Positions 1 to 9,787 of a DNA stretch of 64,000 nucleotides are shown piece by piece (the stretch's first letter is position 1; each line of letters begins with the position of its first letter). Under the pieces are notes generated by a model. The model had not been told where the DNA came from. It ran no database searches and saw nothing but the letters and a program-made list of their open reading frames with translations. Location of the stretch: positions 3,136,001 through 3,200,000 of the forward strand of contig OZ220089.1 of assembly GCA_964291625.2 (NCBI GenBank). Direction: 5' to 3'. This stretch comes from Candidatus Latescibacterota bacterium. Its GTDB lineage: Bacteria; Latescibacterota; UBA2968; UBA8231. Position numbers and translations under genes: made by a program.

Positions 1-1
1 A

Positions 2-721
2 GACCACGATGACGGTCACGGTGACGGTGAGCTCTCCCGGGAGCACGGGGGTGGAGGTGCGGGCGGCGTCGGCGAAGGCTTCCTCCTGGAAGGGGCTCGG
101 CGGTCCCTGGAAGAAGGTGCTCTCCGTGATGGAGAGCGGTTCCCCCAGGGTGGTGCCGCTCGTCTCCGCCAGGGTCCGCGCCTTCGCCTCGGCATCCTGG
201 ACCGCCAGCTTGCGGGCCTGGGTCTGCAGGGGCGTCGTGTCATCGATCATGAACTGGATGGAGTTGATGACGATGCGGTCCCCTCCTGCGTCGGCGGCGT
301 CGTCGATGACCTCGCCGAGGGTTTCCAGTCTCCGCACCTTCACCCGGACCGTGTTGTTCACCACGTAGCCGCGAAGGGTGCGTTGCCCCTCGCCATAGTC
401 GTACTGAGGATGGATTCCCAGATTCCTGGTCTGGATGTCCTCTTCGGCGACGTTGTTTCCCCGCAGGGAGCTGAGTACCGCGGCCATCGCCGTGGCAGCG
501 GCTTCACGGGCCTCTGCAACGCTCTCCGCCTCGACGGCGACGCCCAGATCGAGCGTGGCCAGATCGGGTTCGCCGGCCACCGCACCGCTCCCGGTCACCT
601 GGATGGTCCTCTCCCCGGTCTCGGCCGACATCACCTCCGAGCCGATGTTCACGTCACAGGCGGCAAGCGCCAGGATCAGCAACGGGCCGAGCACCCGGAG
701 AGGGTCAATGCGTGTGTTCAT
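2..721 (-). CDS. SIMPL/DUF541 (YggE-like) lipoprotein; runs off the left edge
   Basis: Manual translation from ATG 721 (RBS GGAGG): MNTRIDPLRVLGPLLILALAAC (lipobox)...TIQVTGSGAVAGEPDLATLDLGV...GYVVNNTVRVKVR...ARKLAVQDAEAKARTLA...PGELTVTVTV. Absent from the ORF track because there is no stop in the window. Confidence 0.85.
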   Translation of the reverse strand, partial: MNTRIDPLRVLGPLLILALAACDVNIGSEVMSAETGERTIQVTGSGAVAGEPDLATLDLGVAVEAESVAEAREAAATAMAAVLSSLRGNNVAEEDIQTRNLGIHPQYDYGEGQRTLRGYVVNNTVRVKVRRLETLGEVIDDAADAGGDRIVINSIQFMIDDTTPLQTQARKLAVQDAEAKARTLAETSGTTLGEPLSITESTFFQGPPSPFQEEAFADAARTSTPVLPGELTVTVTVIVV

Positions 722-775
722 CGGTTCCTCCTGTTCGAGAGTGGATTCTCGGGGTCGGCGCCGTCGGTGGAGCGC

Positions 776-2812
776 TCACAGGCTGTTCTCGATCGCCGCC
801 ATGATTCCGTCCGTATCTCGTACTCCGGACAGACGCTCCACGATCAACCCCCGCGAGTCCACCAAGTAGTAGGAAGGTATGGACCTCACCTGGTACGACT
901 CGGCCACTTCCGCATCCCAGCCGCTTGCGCGCACGTGGACGCCCTTGATCTGGTGTTCGGCGATCGCCTCCCGCCACGCGGCCTCGTCCCGGTCGATCGA
1001 CAGGTTGAGGAAGACGACCGGCAGATCAGCCGCCTCCTTCTTGAGTCTGCGGAGATCGGGCAGGGCGCTGTAGCACGGCCCGCACCAGCTGGCCCAGAAA
1101 TCGAGCAGGACCACCTGCCCCTTGAACTGGCTCAGCGATACGGGCTGGCCGTGGAGGTCGTCAAGGGTGAACTCGGGCGCGGGTTGCCCGGGTTGCAGCT
1201 TCAGGGCCTTGTCCACGGCCGCCTGGACGGCCTCGACCAGTTCCGGGTAGGGATTGGCCGCCTGGAACTCCTCCCACTTTCTGTGAGCGAACGCAAACGC
1301 CTGGCCGCCCTCGAACCGATCGATCAACTCGCCGGCCAGGTACCAGTAGAGCACTCGCCCTTCCAGCTTCTCTCCGGCCAGATCGTATGTCCTCCAGGGC
1401 TGCAGCCAGGTCCGCGATCCCAAGTCGGCATAGAGCGAGTCGAGCCGTGCCCGGGCCGCCGCCGACAACCCCAGGCTCGGCAGGTCGATCTTCGCGGACA
1501 GCGCCAGCCGTTCGCGATGTTCGTACAGGGAATCGAGTTGGCCCCGGGCGACCCCTGACAGCGCCAAGGGGGACAGGTCCATCTTCTCGGAGAGCCTGGG
1601 CGGCTCCTTCCTCAGGGAGTCCAGTGGTACCTCGGGAGGCATGTGAAACATGATCCTTCCTCCCGTCGTATCCACTCTCGGTGCCTCTACGTCACTCGAG
1701 GAGGAGAAGGAGAATCCACGATTCTTGAAGAGCGAGTCGAGGCGCGCCCGGGCTGCGTCCGAGAGCTCCAGGATGGACAGATCATACATCTCGGAGAGCT
1801 CCAGGTATCGGCCTTCGGCATCGTACAGGGAGTCGAGGCGGGTCTGCAACGAAGCCGGGAGCCTGAGGCTCGACAAGTCGACCATTCTCGACAGAGCAAG
1901 TCGCCGCCCGTCTTTCCTGTACAAGGAGTCGAGCCGGGTCTGAATCGAGTCTGAAAGACCCATCGCGGCCAGGTCGTACATATCGGAGAGCCGGGGGTGC
2001 TTCGCTCTGAAACCCTCGTTCGACTCCCAGTACAGCGTGCGATCGAGGAACCTGCGATAGTCACGCACCCCCAGGGCCTTTTCATCGACCAGGGGGACTT
2101 CCTGGAGAAAGTCGAAGTAGTCCGGGGGGATGTCCTCGTTGTAGCGTCCGTTGACAGCCTCGTAGATCTCGGGATAGGAGATCATCTTCTCGGCCCACTC
2201 GTAGTTGACGTAGGCTCTCGCAAAGTCGACGAAACCCGGAGAGAGCGAGTACTCCTCTCTCCTCTCGTCGAAGAAGTCGAGCTGGTCCTGCCGCCGCTGG
2301 TCCATCCGGCGCCTGAAGTCCTCCACCTCGAGGTCCTCGTAGTCGAGGCGGAAGCCGTAGAATCTCGGGAACCACTCGGCGATGAACCGGCTGTTGTCCG
2401 CGTTGGGCCCGCTGAAGGCGATGGAAGGGCTGAAGACTCCCTCATCCACGGTCACGTGCAGACTGTCGCCGGGCTCGACGAAGAAAGCCAGGGGATCGTG
2501 ATCGAAGAGGACGGCTCCCAGCCACTGGACCCACTTCCATCTCGGCTCGCCGCCCACGTAACGCCCGCTGACCACCGTGCCACGGACGACGGGCACCTCG
2601 AAGGCGAAGCGGTCCAGACTGTCGAGCGTCACATCCTGGTCGAACTCCTCCAACGCGGAGGGCAGGTTGTAGGTGAAGACGAGTTCCCGGGAGACCGGGT
2701 TCCGGATCTCGCCGGTGACGATGGCGACTTGAGGCGGGCTCGGGCCTTCGCCAGCTGATGCACTGGATGCCATGAGCATGAGGATCAGGGAAATGCCGCA
2801 GGTCCGGGTCAT
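776..2812 (-). CDS. Secreted TlpA/ResA-family thiol-disulfide oxidoreductase with long N-terminal region and internal repeats
   Basis: Signal peptide; C-terminal PAPEFTL...[16 protein letters not shown]...[16 protein letters not shown]. Confidence 0.85.
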   Translation of the reverse strand: MTRTCGISLILMLMASSASAGEGPSPPQVAIVTGEIRNPVSRELVFTYNLPSALEEFDQDVTLDSLDRFAFEVPVVRGTVVSGRYVGGEPRWKWVQWLGAVLFDHDPLAFFVEPGDSLHVTVDEGVFSPSIAFSGPNADNSRFIAEWFPRFYGFRLDYEDLEVEDFRRRMDQRRQDQLDFFDERREEYSLSPGFVDFARAYVNYEWAEKMISYPEIYEAVNGRYNEDIPPDYFDFLQEVPLVDEKALGVRDYRRFLDRTLYWESNEGFRAKHPRLSDMYDLAAMGLSDSIQTRLDSLYRKDGRRLALSRMVDLSSLRLPASLQTRLDSLYDAEGRYLELSEMYDLSILELSDAARARLDSLFKNRGFSFSSSSDVEAPRVDTTGGRIMFHMPPEVPLDSLRKEPPRLSEKMDLSPLALSGVARGQLDSLYEHRERLALSAKIDLPSLGLSAAARARLDSLYADLGSRTWLQPWRTYDLAGEKLEGRVLYWYLAGELIDRFEGGQAFAFAHRKWEEFQAANPYPELVEAVQAAVDKALKLQPGQPAPEFTLDDLHGQPVSLSQFKGQVVLLDFWASWCGPCYSALPDLRRLKKEAADLPVVFLNLSIDRDEAAWREAIAEHQIKGVHVRASGWDAEVAESYQVRSIPSYYLVDSRGLIVERLSGVRDTDGIMAAIENSL
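1420..1996 (-). repeat. Five ~31-32-aa intragenic repeats (LSxxxDLxxLxLSxxxxxRLDSLY)
   Basis: [26 protein letters not shown]; [26 protein letters not shown]; [26 protein letters not shown]; [26 protein letters not shown]; [26 protein letters not shown]. Confidence 0.85.
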
Positions 2813-2835
2813 GAGCTGGTCCTTTTGATGCCGCC

Positions 2836-4968
2836 TCAGCGCAGCAGCGTCATCTTCCTCGTGATGGCACTCTCGGGTGTGGTGAGACGGGACAGGTAGA
2901 GACCACTGGCCAGGGGCTTCCCCTCATTGCTGGACGGATGCCAGGGGACTCTGTAGGAACCGGCTGCCTGTAATCCGTCTACCAGGGTCTGCACCGGCTG
3001 TCCCAGGGCGTTGTAGATGACGAGCGAGACCTGCCCCGGCTGGGACAGGGTATAGCGGATCTCCGTGACGCTGTTGAAGGGGTTCGGATAGTTGGGATGC
3101 AGGGCCGTGGCAACGGGCGCCGAAGTCAGGGAGGAGAGAGACGTCTCCCTGTCGGAAGGGAGGATCAGGACTGCGCGCTCCACGTCCAGGAAGAAGGGGA
3201 AGTCCCACTCATACAGCCAGCCTTCCTCCCTGAGGTCGGGCCAGGCGGGACCTCGGATCTCCTCCAAACCCGTCCCATCCTTGTTCGAGAGCTGCAGGGT
3301 AAAGTAATACTTCCCCCAATGGCCAGCCTGGCGGGTCAAGTAGACCTTGTCATCGATCACATCAACGGTCTGGCCTCCACTCACCCTGTACAACCAGGTG
3401 GTGTCACCGGTGTCCACGTTGATTCTGTACAGCTTCTCGCTGTCCAGCACGTACAGGGATCCTTCCCGGCTGTCGATGTACATGTCCCTCGGTGGTCTGT
3501 GACGGTGCTTGAGAAGGAGACGGGGATCAGGCTTGGACAAGCTGTCCCGGTAGAAGTTCTCGTTGCCATCAGTGTAATAGACCCTCCCCTTGAGTGGATC
3601 GATCACCATTCTCTTGGGGCTACTGGCCCTCAGGAATTCTCTGACATTGGATCCGTCTCGATCGGCGCGCCAGAGCAGTTTGCTGAAGCGTTCCGACCAA
3701 TAGATCTTGTCGTCTGCAACAACGAGATCTTCGCAGTAGCGCACATTGGACACAAGGAGCTCGGGATCCGAGCCGTCCAGATTGGCCTGGAACATTCTGT
3801 CTGCATTGTTGTCCGCCCACAGGATCTTGCCACCCGGCTTGTCGACGAAGAGGCAACCGGGGCTCCTGAGCAACGGAGCAAAGACCTCCTCCCGGTCGGA
3901 GCCATCGAGGTTGCTGCGTTCGATGTTACCTCTGCGGTCTATCCAGTAGACAGTTCCCCTGCTGACGATGAAGTTCTCTATGGACCGCTCGGTTTCGAAA
4001 AGTCGATCAACTACGCGTTCCCCATCGGAATCGTCGATATCGGTTCCGTACACTCTTCTTCCATACGACCAATAGAGCCTCCGAGTCTCGAGATCAAGAG
4101 CGAGCTGGTCCGCGCTCCATTTCAGGAACAAGGAATACTCCTTGCTGCCGTCGTCCAGGAAACGCAACCTCCAGATGAGGCCGCGGGTATTCTTCATCTC
4201 CTCACTCTTTGCCTCGTGAGGATGGTCATTGATCCAGTACAAGGATTGCCCTACAGGATCAAAGACAGGCTCCGTCGCTCGACCGATCTGCTCAGGGCTG
4301 GCGATCCGGGTATGACGGGTGCGAAGCGTTGAGGGGTCATAGGGGTAGACAAGGCCTGAGTCGAAGACCAGGGCGCTGTCCACATCTACCATGTGGAGTC
4401 CGGTTATGTGGTCCGTGTAGAAGAGTCTGTGTTCCCGGCGGTCCAAGGTGAGACCGGTGGGATAGCCGCCGATGATCTCATCGTAGTTCATGTCCTTGAC
4501 CAGGGGGAAGACGCCTTCTCTCGGCCTGGTCCACTTGTCGAGGTGGAGTCCGAAGACCACGCGGGACGCCCAATGCTCGACGTTGCCGCGACTCTGGAGG
4601 AAGAGAGCAACGAACATGATGCGCCGGGCCGAGTCTATGGCAATGTGTGACCGCACGATTTCACGGTCGTAGGTCTGCGGGATCAGATCACCGCTGAACT
4701 CCTCCAGGCCGGAGCCATCCAGGTTGGAGCGATAGATCTTGGTTCCGCTGATCCTTCCATGGGTCCAGTACAGCTTCCCTTCCACCTCATCGACGGCGAG
4801 GCTGAAGGGCCATCTCTGGTCGGACTCGACGAGCTTCTCGACGCCGGTGCCGTCGAGATTGGCCCGGTGTATGCCCGACAGATTGGACCAGTAGATCTGA
4901 CCGTCGGGCTGGGAGAGGACGACATGAGCGCTGGAGAAGAGGATCAGCAGTATGGCCCGGGTCAGCAT
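2836..4968 (-). CDS. Secreted LDL-receptor class B (YWTD)-like beta-propeller protein with C-terminal FlgD-Ig/T9SS-like domain
   Basis: Probable start MLTRAILLILFSS at 4968 (RBS AGGGAG); repeated IYW/LYWT...I.R.NLDGS units; C-terminal LHPNYPNPFN...IYNALGQPVQTL...LASGLY...RKMTLLR; visibly AT-richer interior. Confidence 0.8.
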   Translation of the reverse strand: MLTRAILLILFSSAHVVLSQPDGQIYWSNLSGIHRANLDGTGVEKLVESDQRWPFSLAVDEVEGKLYWTHGRISGTKIYRSNLDGSGLEEFSGDLIPQTYDREIVRSHIAIDSARRIMFVALFLQSRGNVEHWASRVVFGLHLDKWTRPREGVFPLVKDMNYDEIIGGYPTGLTLDRREHRLFYTDHITGLHMVDVDSALVFDSGLVYPYDPSTLRTRHTRIASPEQIGRATEPVFDPVGQSLYWINDHPHEAKSEEMKNTRGLIWRLRFLDDGSKEYSLFLKWSADQLALDLETRRLYWSYGRRVYGTDIDDSDGERVVDRLFETERSIENFIVSRGTVYWIDRRGNIERSNLDGSDREEVFAPLLRSPGCLFVDKPGGKILWADNNADRMFQANLDGSDPELLVSNVRYCEDLVVADDKIYWSERFSKLLWRADRDGSNVREFLRASSPKRMVIDPLKGRVYYTDGNENFYRDSLSKPDPRLLLKHRHRPPRDMYIDSREGSLYVLDSEKLYRINVDTGDTTWLYRVSGGQTVDVIDDKVYLTRQAGHWGKYYFTLQLSNKDGTGLEEIRGPAWPDLREEGWLYEWDFPFFLDVERAVLILPSDRETSLSSLTSAPVATALHPNYPNPFNSVTEIRYTLSQPGQVSLVIYNALGQPVQTLVDGLQAAGSYRVPWHPSSNEGKPLASGLYLSRLTTPESAITRKMTLLR

Positions 4969-5012
4969 GGAGAGACTCCCTTCCTCCCGGAGGACCGGAG
5001 CATGGGGAACCC

Positions 5013-6302
5013 TCAGTCCTCCACCGCCGGCTGCCGCCCCCCACTGTACGCGTCCCCCCGCGCCGAGTCGCCCGGCCAGAACACGCTCGACGGGTCCTCC
5101 TGCCAGAGGCGGCCGCACATGTTGGAGATGACCCGCCACTCGGGGGCGCCCATCTCCGGGTCCGGGTGGAACAGGAAGCGGCGGGCGCCGGCGCGCTCGC
5201 TGGCGGCGAGGATGCCGTGCAGGTCTCGGGCCCCCATGGAGTCGCCGGCGTGGGGGCTGCGCCCGGTGGAGACCCAGAAGATCGTCTTGTCGGGATCGCC
5301 CACGGCGGCCAGGGCGCGCTCGCTCTCGGCGAAGACCAGCTCGTCGAAGAACTCCTGGGGGAAGCCCAGCTCCATGTCGAGGAGGCTGTCCACCCGGGGC
5401 AGGTCGATGCCGAAGAGGGAGCGCACCACGAGCAAGGCGTCGGACTCGGTGAGGGAGGGATTCCAGCGGCACAGGCGCTGCACCCAGCGGGCCACGGTGC
5501 CGTAGAGGCCGTCGAAGCCCCGGTGCCAGTAGTAGTGCTTGGGGAAGACGATGTCGAAGTAGGAGGCCATTTGCTGGTAGTCCTGGCCCGTGAGGGAGGA
5601 GAAGGCGGCGGTCCGGGGGATGCCGCCCAGCTCGACCTTGCGGTCCACGGCGTCGATGTTGTCGCGCGCCTGGGCCCATGCGAGGCGCGACGACTCGCGC
5701 CGGGCGCGCAGCCAGTGGAGGGTGTCCTCGTCGATGTCGAAGAGGGCCAGGCCGGCCAGGGTGCCCGCCGGGGCCAGGTAGCGGACCCGGTCCGGCGTCA
5801 GCTCGTGCAGGCGCTGGCGCATGGAGGCGATGCCGCGGTGGACGCGGTCCAGGTCGGCGCCGACCTCGTTGAAGCGGGCCTCCTCGCCGGGGCGCACCTC
5901 GAGCAGCTCGCCGCCGTGGTGGAAGGCCAGCTCGTAGTGGTTCTCGCCGGGGCCGTCGATGATGAAGCCGGACACCTGGGGAAAGGCGTTGGCCAGGTCC
6001 TGAAGGGAGCCCTTGGAGGTGCTGGCGCCGAAGATGAAGACGGGCCAGCCGCGGCCGGCGGCATCGTCGAGCATGGCGTGGAATTGGCGCTCCTTCTCGG
6101 CGTCGACGTCGGGCGGGTCGGGCGGGCTCTCGCCGAAGCGCTCGTAGACCCGGGGGTCCGGCGTCCAGCAGGCGGCGCCGTCGAACTGCATGCGGCCCAC
6201 CACGAGGCCGCGCACGCCGCCGTCGTGCCAGGCGTCGAAGCGCTCCTTGAATCCCTCCATCCAGTACTCGAACGGGTTGTGTGCGAAGATCCAGCAGTTC
6301 AT
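5013..6302 (-). CDS. Hypothetical protein (429 aa), possibly a glycoside-hydrolase-like TIM barrel
   Basis: Start MNCWIFAHNPFEYW overlaps the polB stop (ATGA); host-like codon usage; natural composition unlike the Arg/Pro-rich upstream extension; the fold is a guess. Confidence 0.7.
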   Translation of the reverse strand: MNCWIFAHNPFEYWMEGFKERFDAWHDGGVRGLVVGRMQFDGAACWTPDPRVYERFGESPPDPPDVDAEKERQFHAMLDDAAGRGWPVFIFGASTSKGSLQDLANAFPQVSGFIIDGPGENHYELAFHHGGELLEVRPGEEARFNEVGADLDRVHRGIASMRQRLHELTPDRVRYLAPAGTLAGLALFDIDEDTLHWLRARRESSRLAWAQARDNIDAVDRKVELGGIPRTAAFSSLTGQDYQQMASYFDIVFPKHYYWHRGFDGLYGTVARWVQRLCRWNPSLTESDALLVVRSLFGIDLPRVDSLLDMELGFPQEFFDELVFAESERALAAVGDPDKTIFWVSTGRSPHAGDSMGARDLHGILAASERAGARRFLFHPDPEMGAPEWRVISNMCGRLWQEDPSSVFWPGDSARGDAYSGGRQPAVED

Positions 6303-8734
6303 GGCTTGCCTCCGGCGTTGCGGAAGAGGTCGGGTGTGCCGCCCAGGGCCACCTCCACGTCCAGGTCGCAGACCTGGCCGATGGTGCGGACGATGGGGCG
6401 GATCTGCTTCTCGATATAGTGGTCGTAGTCGATGGGCGCGCTCAAGCGGCCGGCGGGCTGCGGCCCGTCGCGGGTGACGAGGTAGCGGATCGTGCCCCGC
6501 GGCTCCGGCAGCAGGCGCGCCGCGGCCACGTGGGCGGGAACGGTGCGGGTGTAGCCCTCCACCGACTTGCGCAAGGCCTTGCGGTAGACGAGGTCCTCGT
6601 CCCGTTCCCCCCGGCGCACCTCGTCCACCCAGACCAGCACCCGCTCCTCCAGGTCGGCGGCGGGGGCGTCGTGGAAGACCCGCTCCAGCAGGTCGCGCTG
6701 CACCTCGTGGGCCAGGTCGGTCCAGTCGCGGCGCACCGCCTCCATGCCGATGATCTCCACCTCCTCGGACCCGCCGGCGGCGACTTTGAGGCCGGCGTAG
6801 CCCTTGGCGCGCCCGCGCTCGGCGTCGCCGCGCATCGGCGGCAGGAAGAAGCGGGCGTAGTACTTCTCGAACTCCAGGTCGAGGTAGGAGGGCAGGTCGA
6901 AGCGCTCGCGCACGTGGTCGGCCAGCCGCTCGTTGAGCCAGCCGCACAGGCCGCGTCCCTGCTCGTGGGCATCGGCGGCAGTGAGGTCCTCGGGCAGGTG
7001 GGGGTCGACGAAGAGGGAGTCGGTGTCGCCGTAGAGCACGGTCCCGCGGCCGCTCTCCTCGAGCAGGGCCTTGGTCCAGCGCAGCAGGTAGTGGCCGAAG
7101 CCGGTGATGGCGCCGGCCAGGGCGCCCTCGGCGAAGCGGCACGAGCCGGTGGCCAGGACCCCGTAGAAGGAGTTCATCACGATCTTGCAGGTGAAGGCGG
7201 CCAGCTCGTCGCCGGCGGCCCGGGCCCGGGCGCGCTCCTCGAAGAAGCCGGCCAGCATCTCGGGCAGGATCCCCGGGCGGCGGGTGAAGAGGGCGCCGTT
7301 CGGGGCGCGCAGCAGCTCTCCCGTCACCCCGGGACCGTCCTGAGAGCCCCCGGCCCCGGGGCTGGAGCCGCGAGCCTCCAGGTGGGTCAGGGGGTCGATG
7401 TTGAAGGTGCGGATGATCGAGGGGTACAGGCTCTTGAAGTCGAAGACGAAGACGTGCCGGTAGAGCCCCGCGCGGCTGGCCATGACCAAGCCCCCCGGCG
7501 AGCCCTCCTGGTTCACGCGGTCGACGCCGGTGGTGGGGGCAACCATGCGGCGCTCCCGCAGGCCGGTGAGGTAGAGGAAATCGAAGGCGGCCACCGAGCC
7601 CCAGGCGCGCTCCAGGGGCAGGCCGGTGAGGCAGGCCCGCCGCAGGCTGAGGCGCACGAGGTCCTGGCGCAGCAGGATGTCGCGCACCAGCCGCGAGTCC
7701 TCGAGGCAGTACCCGGCGAAGGCGGCGCGGTCTTCGCGGAAGGCGGCCAGGATCCGGTCGGGCATGGAGTCGCCCTCGCCGGCCTCGAAGGTCTTGCCCC
7801 GGCCGAGGAGGGCGAGGGCCACCGTGTGCAGGCGGTTGTCCTCGAAGCGCTGCAGGGTGGCCCGCACGAGGTGCATGGCGTCGAGGACCTGGCGCCCGTA
7901 CACGACGACGCGGCTGCCGCCCCAGACGTCGCCCTCCTGGTACCACGACTCGTCGGTGGAGCGGCCCAGGTTGAAGGGCACGCCGTGGGTCCGGCACAGC
8001 GTCTGGAGCACCGTGAGGTCGAAGTCGACGAGGTTCCAGCCGGTGAGCACGTCCGGGTCCAGCTCGCGGACCCTCGCCAGCAGTCCGGTGAGCAAGTCGG
8101 CCTCGGTGGCGTGGCAGCGCACCTCGGCGGGGTCCCCGGCGGCGGGCTCCCCGGCCAGGTGGATCTCCTCCACCTCCTCGCCGCCGCCGCCCCAGGCCAC
8201 GAGGGAGCAGGCCAGCAGGCGGCCGGCGTCGGGGGTGGTCTCGATGTCGAGGGCCAGCAATCTGAGATCTGGCTCCCAGTCGCCGGGCCCCACCTCTGGA
8301 TCGACGTAGACCCGGTCGACACCGTTGCCGGGACGCCAGGACCCGCCGATGCGCAGGGGGCCGCGCACCCCGCGGGCCACGAGCCACTGCCGCGGGAAGG
8401 AGACGTCGGCCTCGTAGGTGCGCAGCTTGTGCTCGTGGAGCCCCTCGGCCAGCCGGCGCAGCTGCCGGGGCTGGCGCAGGCCGACGCGCACCACGGACTC
8501 GCCGTCCATGGTGGTCAGACCCGTGCCGGCGTTCAGCTCGGCGCCGACGCCGAGGCAGAAGGGCCGCGCCTTGGACAGCTCGGACTGGCGCAGGTAGAAG
8601 GAGGGCAGGAGGCGGCTGTCGGCGAAGGCGAAGGTCGGTCCCGACTCCAGGCGGCCCACCCCGAACAGGACGGGCCGGCCGTTCTGCTGGCGGTGGAAGA
8701 GGTGCAGGAGGAAGCCGCTCTCGGGACCGCTCAT
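6299..8734 (-). CDS. polB: DNA polymerase II (family B)
   Basis: Exonuclease motifs LDIET and GWNLVDFD; polymerase motifs DFKSLYPSII, KIVMNSFYG, YGDTDS, GMEAVRRDW, DYDHYIEKQI. Confidence 0.93.
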   Translation of the reverse strand: MSGPESGFLLHLFHRQQNGRPVLFGVGRLESGPTFAFADSRLLPSFYLRQSELSKARPFCLGVGAELNAGTGLTTMDGESVVRVGLRQPRQLRRLAEGLHEHKLRTYEADVSFPRQWLVARGVRGPLRIGGSWRPGNGVDRVYVDPEVGPGDWEPDLRLLALDIETTPDAGRLLACSLVAWGGGGEEVEEIHLAGEPAAGDPAEVRCHATEADLLTGLLARVRELDPDVLTGWNLVDFDLTVLQTLCRTHGVPFNLGRSTDESWYQEGDVWGGSRVVVYGRQVLDAMHLVRATLQRFEDNRLHTVALALLGRGKTFEAGEGDSMPDRILAAFREDRAAFAGYCLEDSRLVRDILLRQDLVRLSLRRACLTGLPLERAWGSVAAFDFLYLTGLRERRMVAPTTGVDRVNQEGSPGGLVMASRAGLYRHVFVFDFKSLYPSIIRTFNIDPLTHLEARGSSPGAGGSQDGPGVTGELLRAPNGALFTRRPGILPEMLAGFFEERARARAAGDELAAFTCKIVMNSFYGVLATGSCRFAEGALAGAITGFGHYLLRWTKALLEESGRGTVLYGDTDSLFVDPHLPEDLTAADAHEQGRGLCGWLNERLADHVRERFDLPSYLDLEFEKYYARFFLPPMRGDAERGRAKGYAGLKVAAGGSEEVEIIGMEAVRRDWTDLAHEVQRDLLERVFHDAPAADLEERVLVWVDEVRRGERDEDLVYRKALRKSVEGYTRTVPAHVAAARLLPEPRGTIRYLVTRDGPQPAGRLSAPIDYDHYIEKQIRPIVRTIGQVCDLDVEVALGGTPDLFRNAGGKP

Positions 8735-8741
8735 CGTCCCT

Positions 8742-8771
8742 ATTGTAGCCGGGACCCCTGAGCCGCGGCAA
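8742..8771 (-). promoter_or_regulatory. Sigma70-like promoter for polB (probably leaderless)
   Basis: TTGCCG-N18-TACAAT, 7 nt before the ATG. Confidence 0.6.
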
Positions 8772-8787
8772 TCGGCGGGCCCCGCAT

Positions 8788-8817
8788 TTGCCCGCCCCGA
8801 GGCCGGGGCGCTAAGAT
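8788..8817 (+). promoter_or_regulatory. Sigma70-like promoter for the amidohydrolase
   Basis: TTGCCC-N18-TAAGAT, divergent from the polB promoter. Confidence 0.5.
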
Positions 8818-8873
8818 GCCCGCCCGCCGCCCCCCGGCGGCCTCACCCGCAATTCCCGAGGAGGCCTGGACCC

Positions 8874-9707
8874 GTGATCATCGACTGCCACACCCACGCC
8901 TGGGAGCACTGGCCCTACGAGCCGCAGGTGCCCAACCCGGAGAGCCACGGCCGGGTGGAGAAGCTGCTGTGGGAGATGGACCGCAACGGCGTCGACCACG
9001 CCGTGCTGGTCTGCGCCAACCTCGACCACAACCCCCGCAACAACGAGTACGGCGCCGAGTCGGCGAAACGCTACCCCGACCGCATCACCAGCTTCGCCGA
9101 CGTCGACTGCTCCTGGTCGCCCACCTACCACACCCCGGGCGCCGCCGCCCGCCTAGCCGAGACCGCGGACCGCCTCGAGCTCAAGGGCTTCACCCACTAC
9201 CTCACGGACGACTACGACTGGCTCGAGTCCGACGAGGGCCTGGCCTTCTTCGCCACCGCCGCCGAACGCGGCCTCATCGCCAGCCTCGCCTTCGGCGCCC
9301 CCTGGCACCCCCACGTGCGCAAGCTCGCCCGCCGCTTCCCGGAGTTGGTCATCCTCGGCCACCACATGGCCGGCACCCGGGCCTCGGAGAAGCCCCCCTA
9401 TCAAGACTTCGAGGAAGTCCTCAAGTCGGCGGAGGTGCCGAACATCCACCTCAAGCTGTCCGGCTTCGCCTACGTCTCCCAGGTCGACTGGGAGTACCCC
9501 TACTCCGACACGATGTGGATGGTCCGCAAGCTCTACGAGCGCTACGGCCCGGAGCGCCTGTGCTGGGCCTCCGACTACCCGCCGGTTTTGTGGTACATGA
9601 CCTACCAGCAGTCGCTGGAGGCGGTGCGGACGCACTGCGACTTCATCCCGGAGGGGGATCAGGAGCTGATCCTGGGTGGGAATATGGAGGGGCTGCTGGG
9701 GTTGTGA
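8874..9707 (+). CDS. Amidohydrolase_2 family metal-dependent hydrolase
   Basis: IIDCHTH motif; ILGHHMAG; PNIHLKLSG; RLCWASDYP; RBS GAGGAGG. Confidence 0.88.
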   Translation: MIIDCHTHAWEHWPYEPQVPNPESHGRVEKLLWEMDRNGVDHAVLVCANLDHNPRNNEYGAESAKRYPDRITSFADVDCSWSPTYHTPGAAARLAETADRLELKGFTHYLTDDYDWLESDEGLAFFATAAERGLIASLAFGAPWHPHVRKLARRFPELVILGHHMAGTRASEKPPYQDFEEVLKSAEVPNIHLKLSGFAYVSQVDWEYPYSDTMWMVRKLYERYGPERLCWASDYPPVLWYMTYQQSLEAVRTHCDFIPEGDQELILGGNMEGLLGL

Positions 9708-9787
9708 GGGGACTTCGGAATACTGTTCTGCTGGGGCTATGGCGAACTCTCTCGCGGAGCCTCAGCGCCACATGACAGGGTCAACCG

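Noticed and set aside
4969-4981. 13-bp identity (GGAGAGACTCCCT) upstream of both the YWTD gene and the PLD gene (49871-49883)
   Set aside because: About half of it is the Shine-Dalgarno sequence, and similar GGAGTC leaders precede core genes (proC, ldh); too short to call a mobile-element end.
6299-8734. PolB as a prophage, casposon or pipolin polymerase
   Set aside because: It has cellular Pol II architecture and host-like codon usage, with no phage, cas1 or integrase neighbours.
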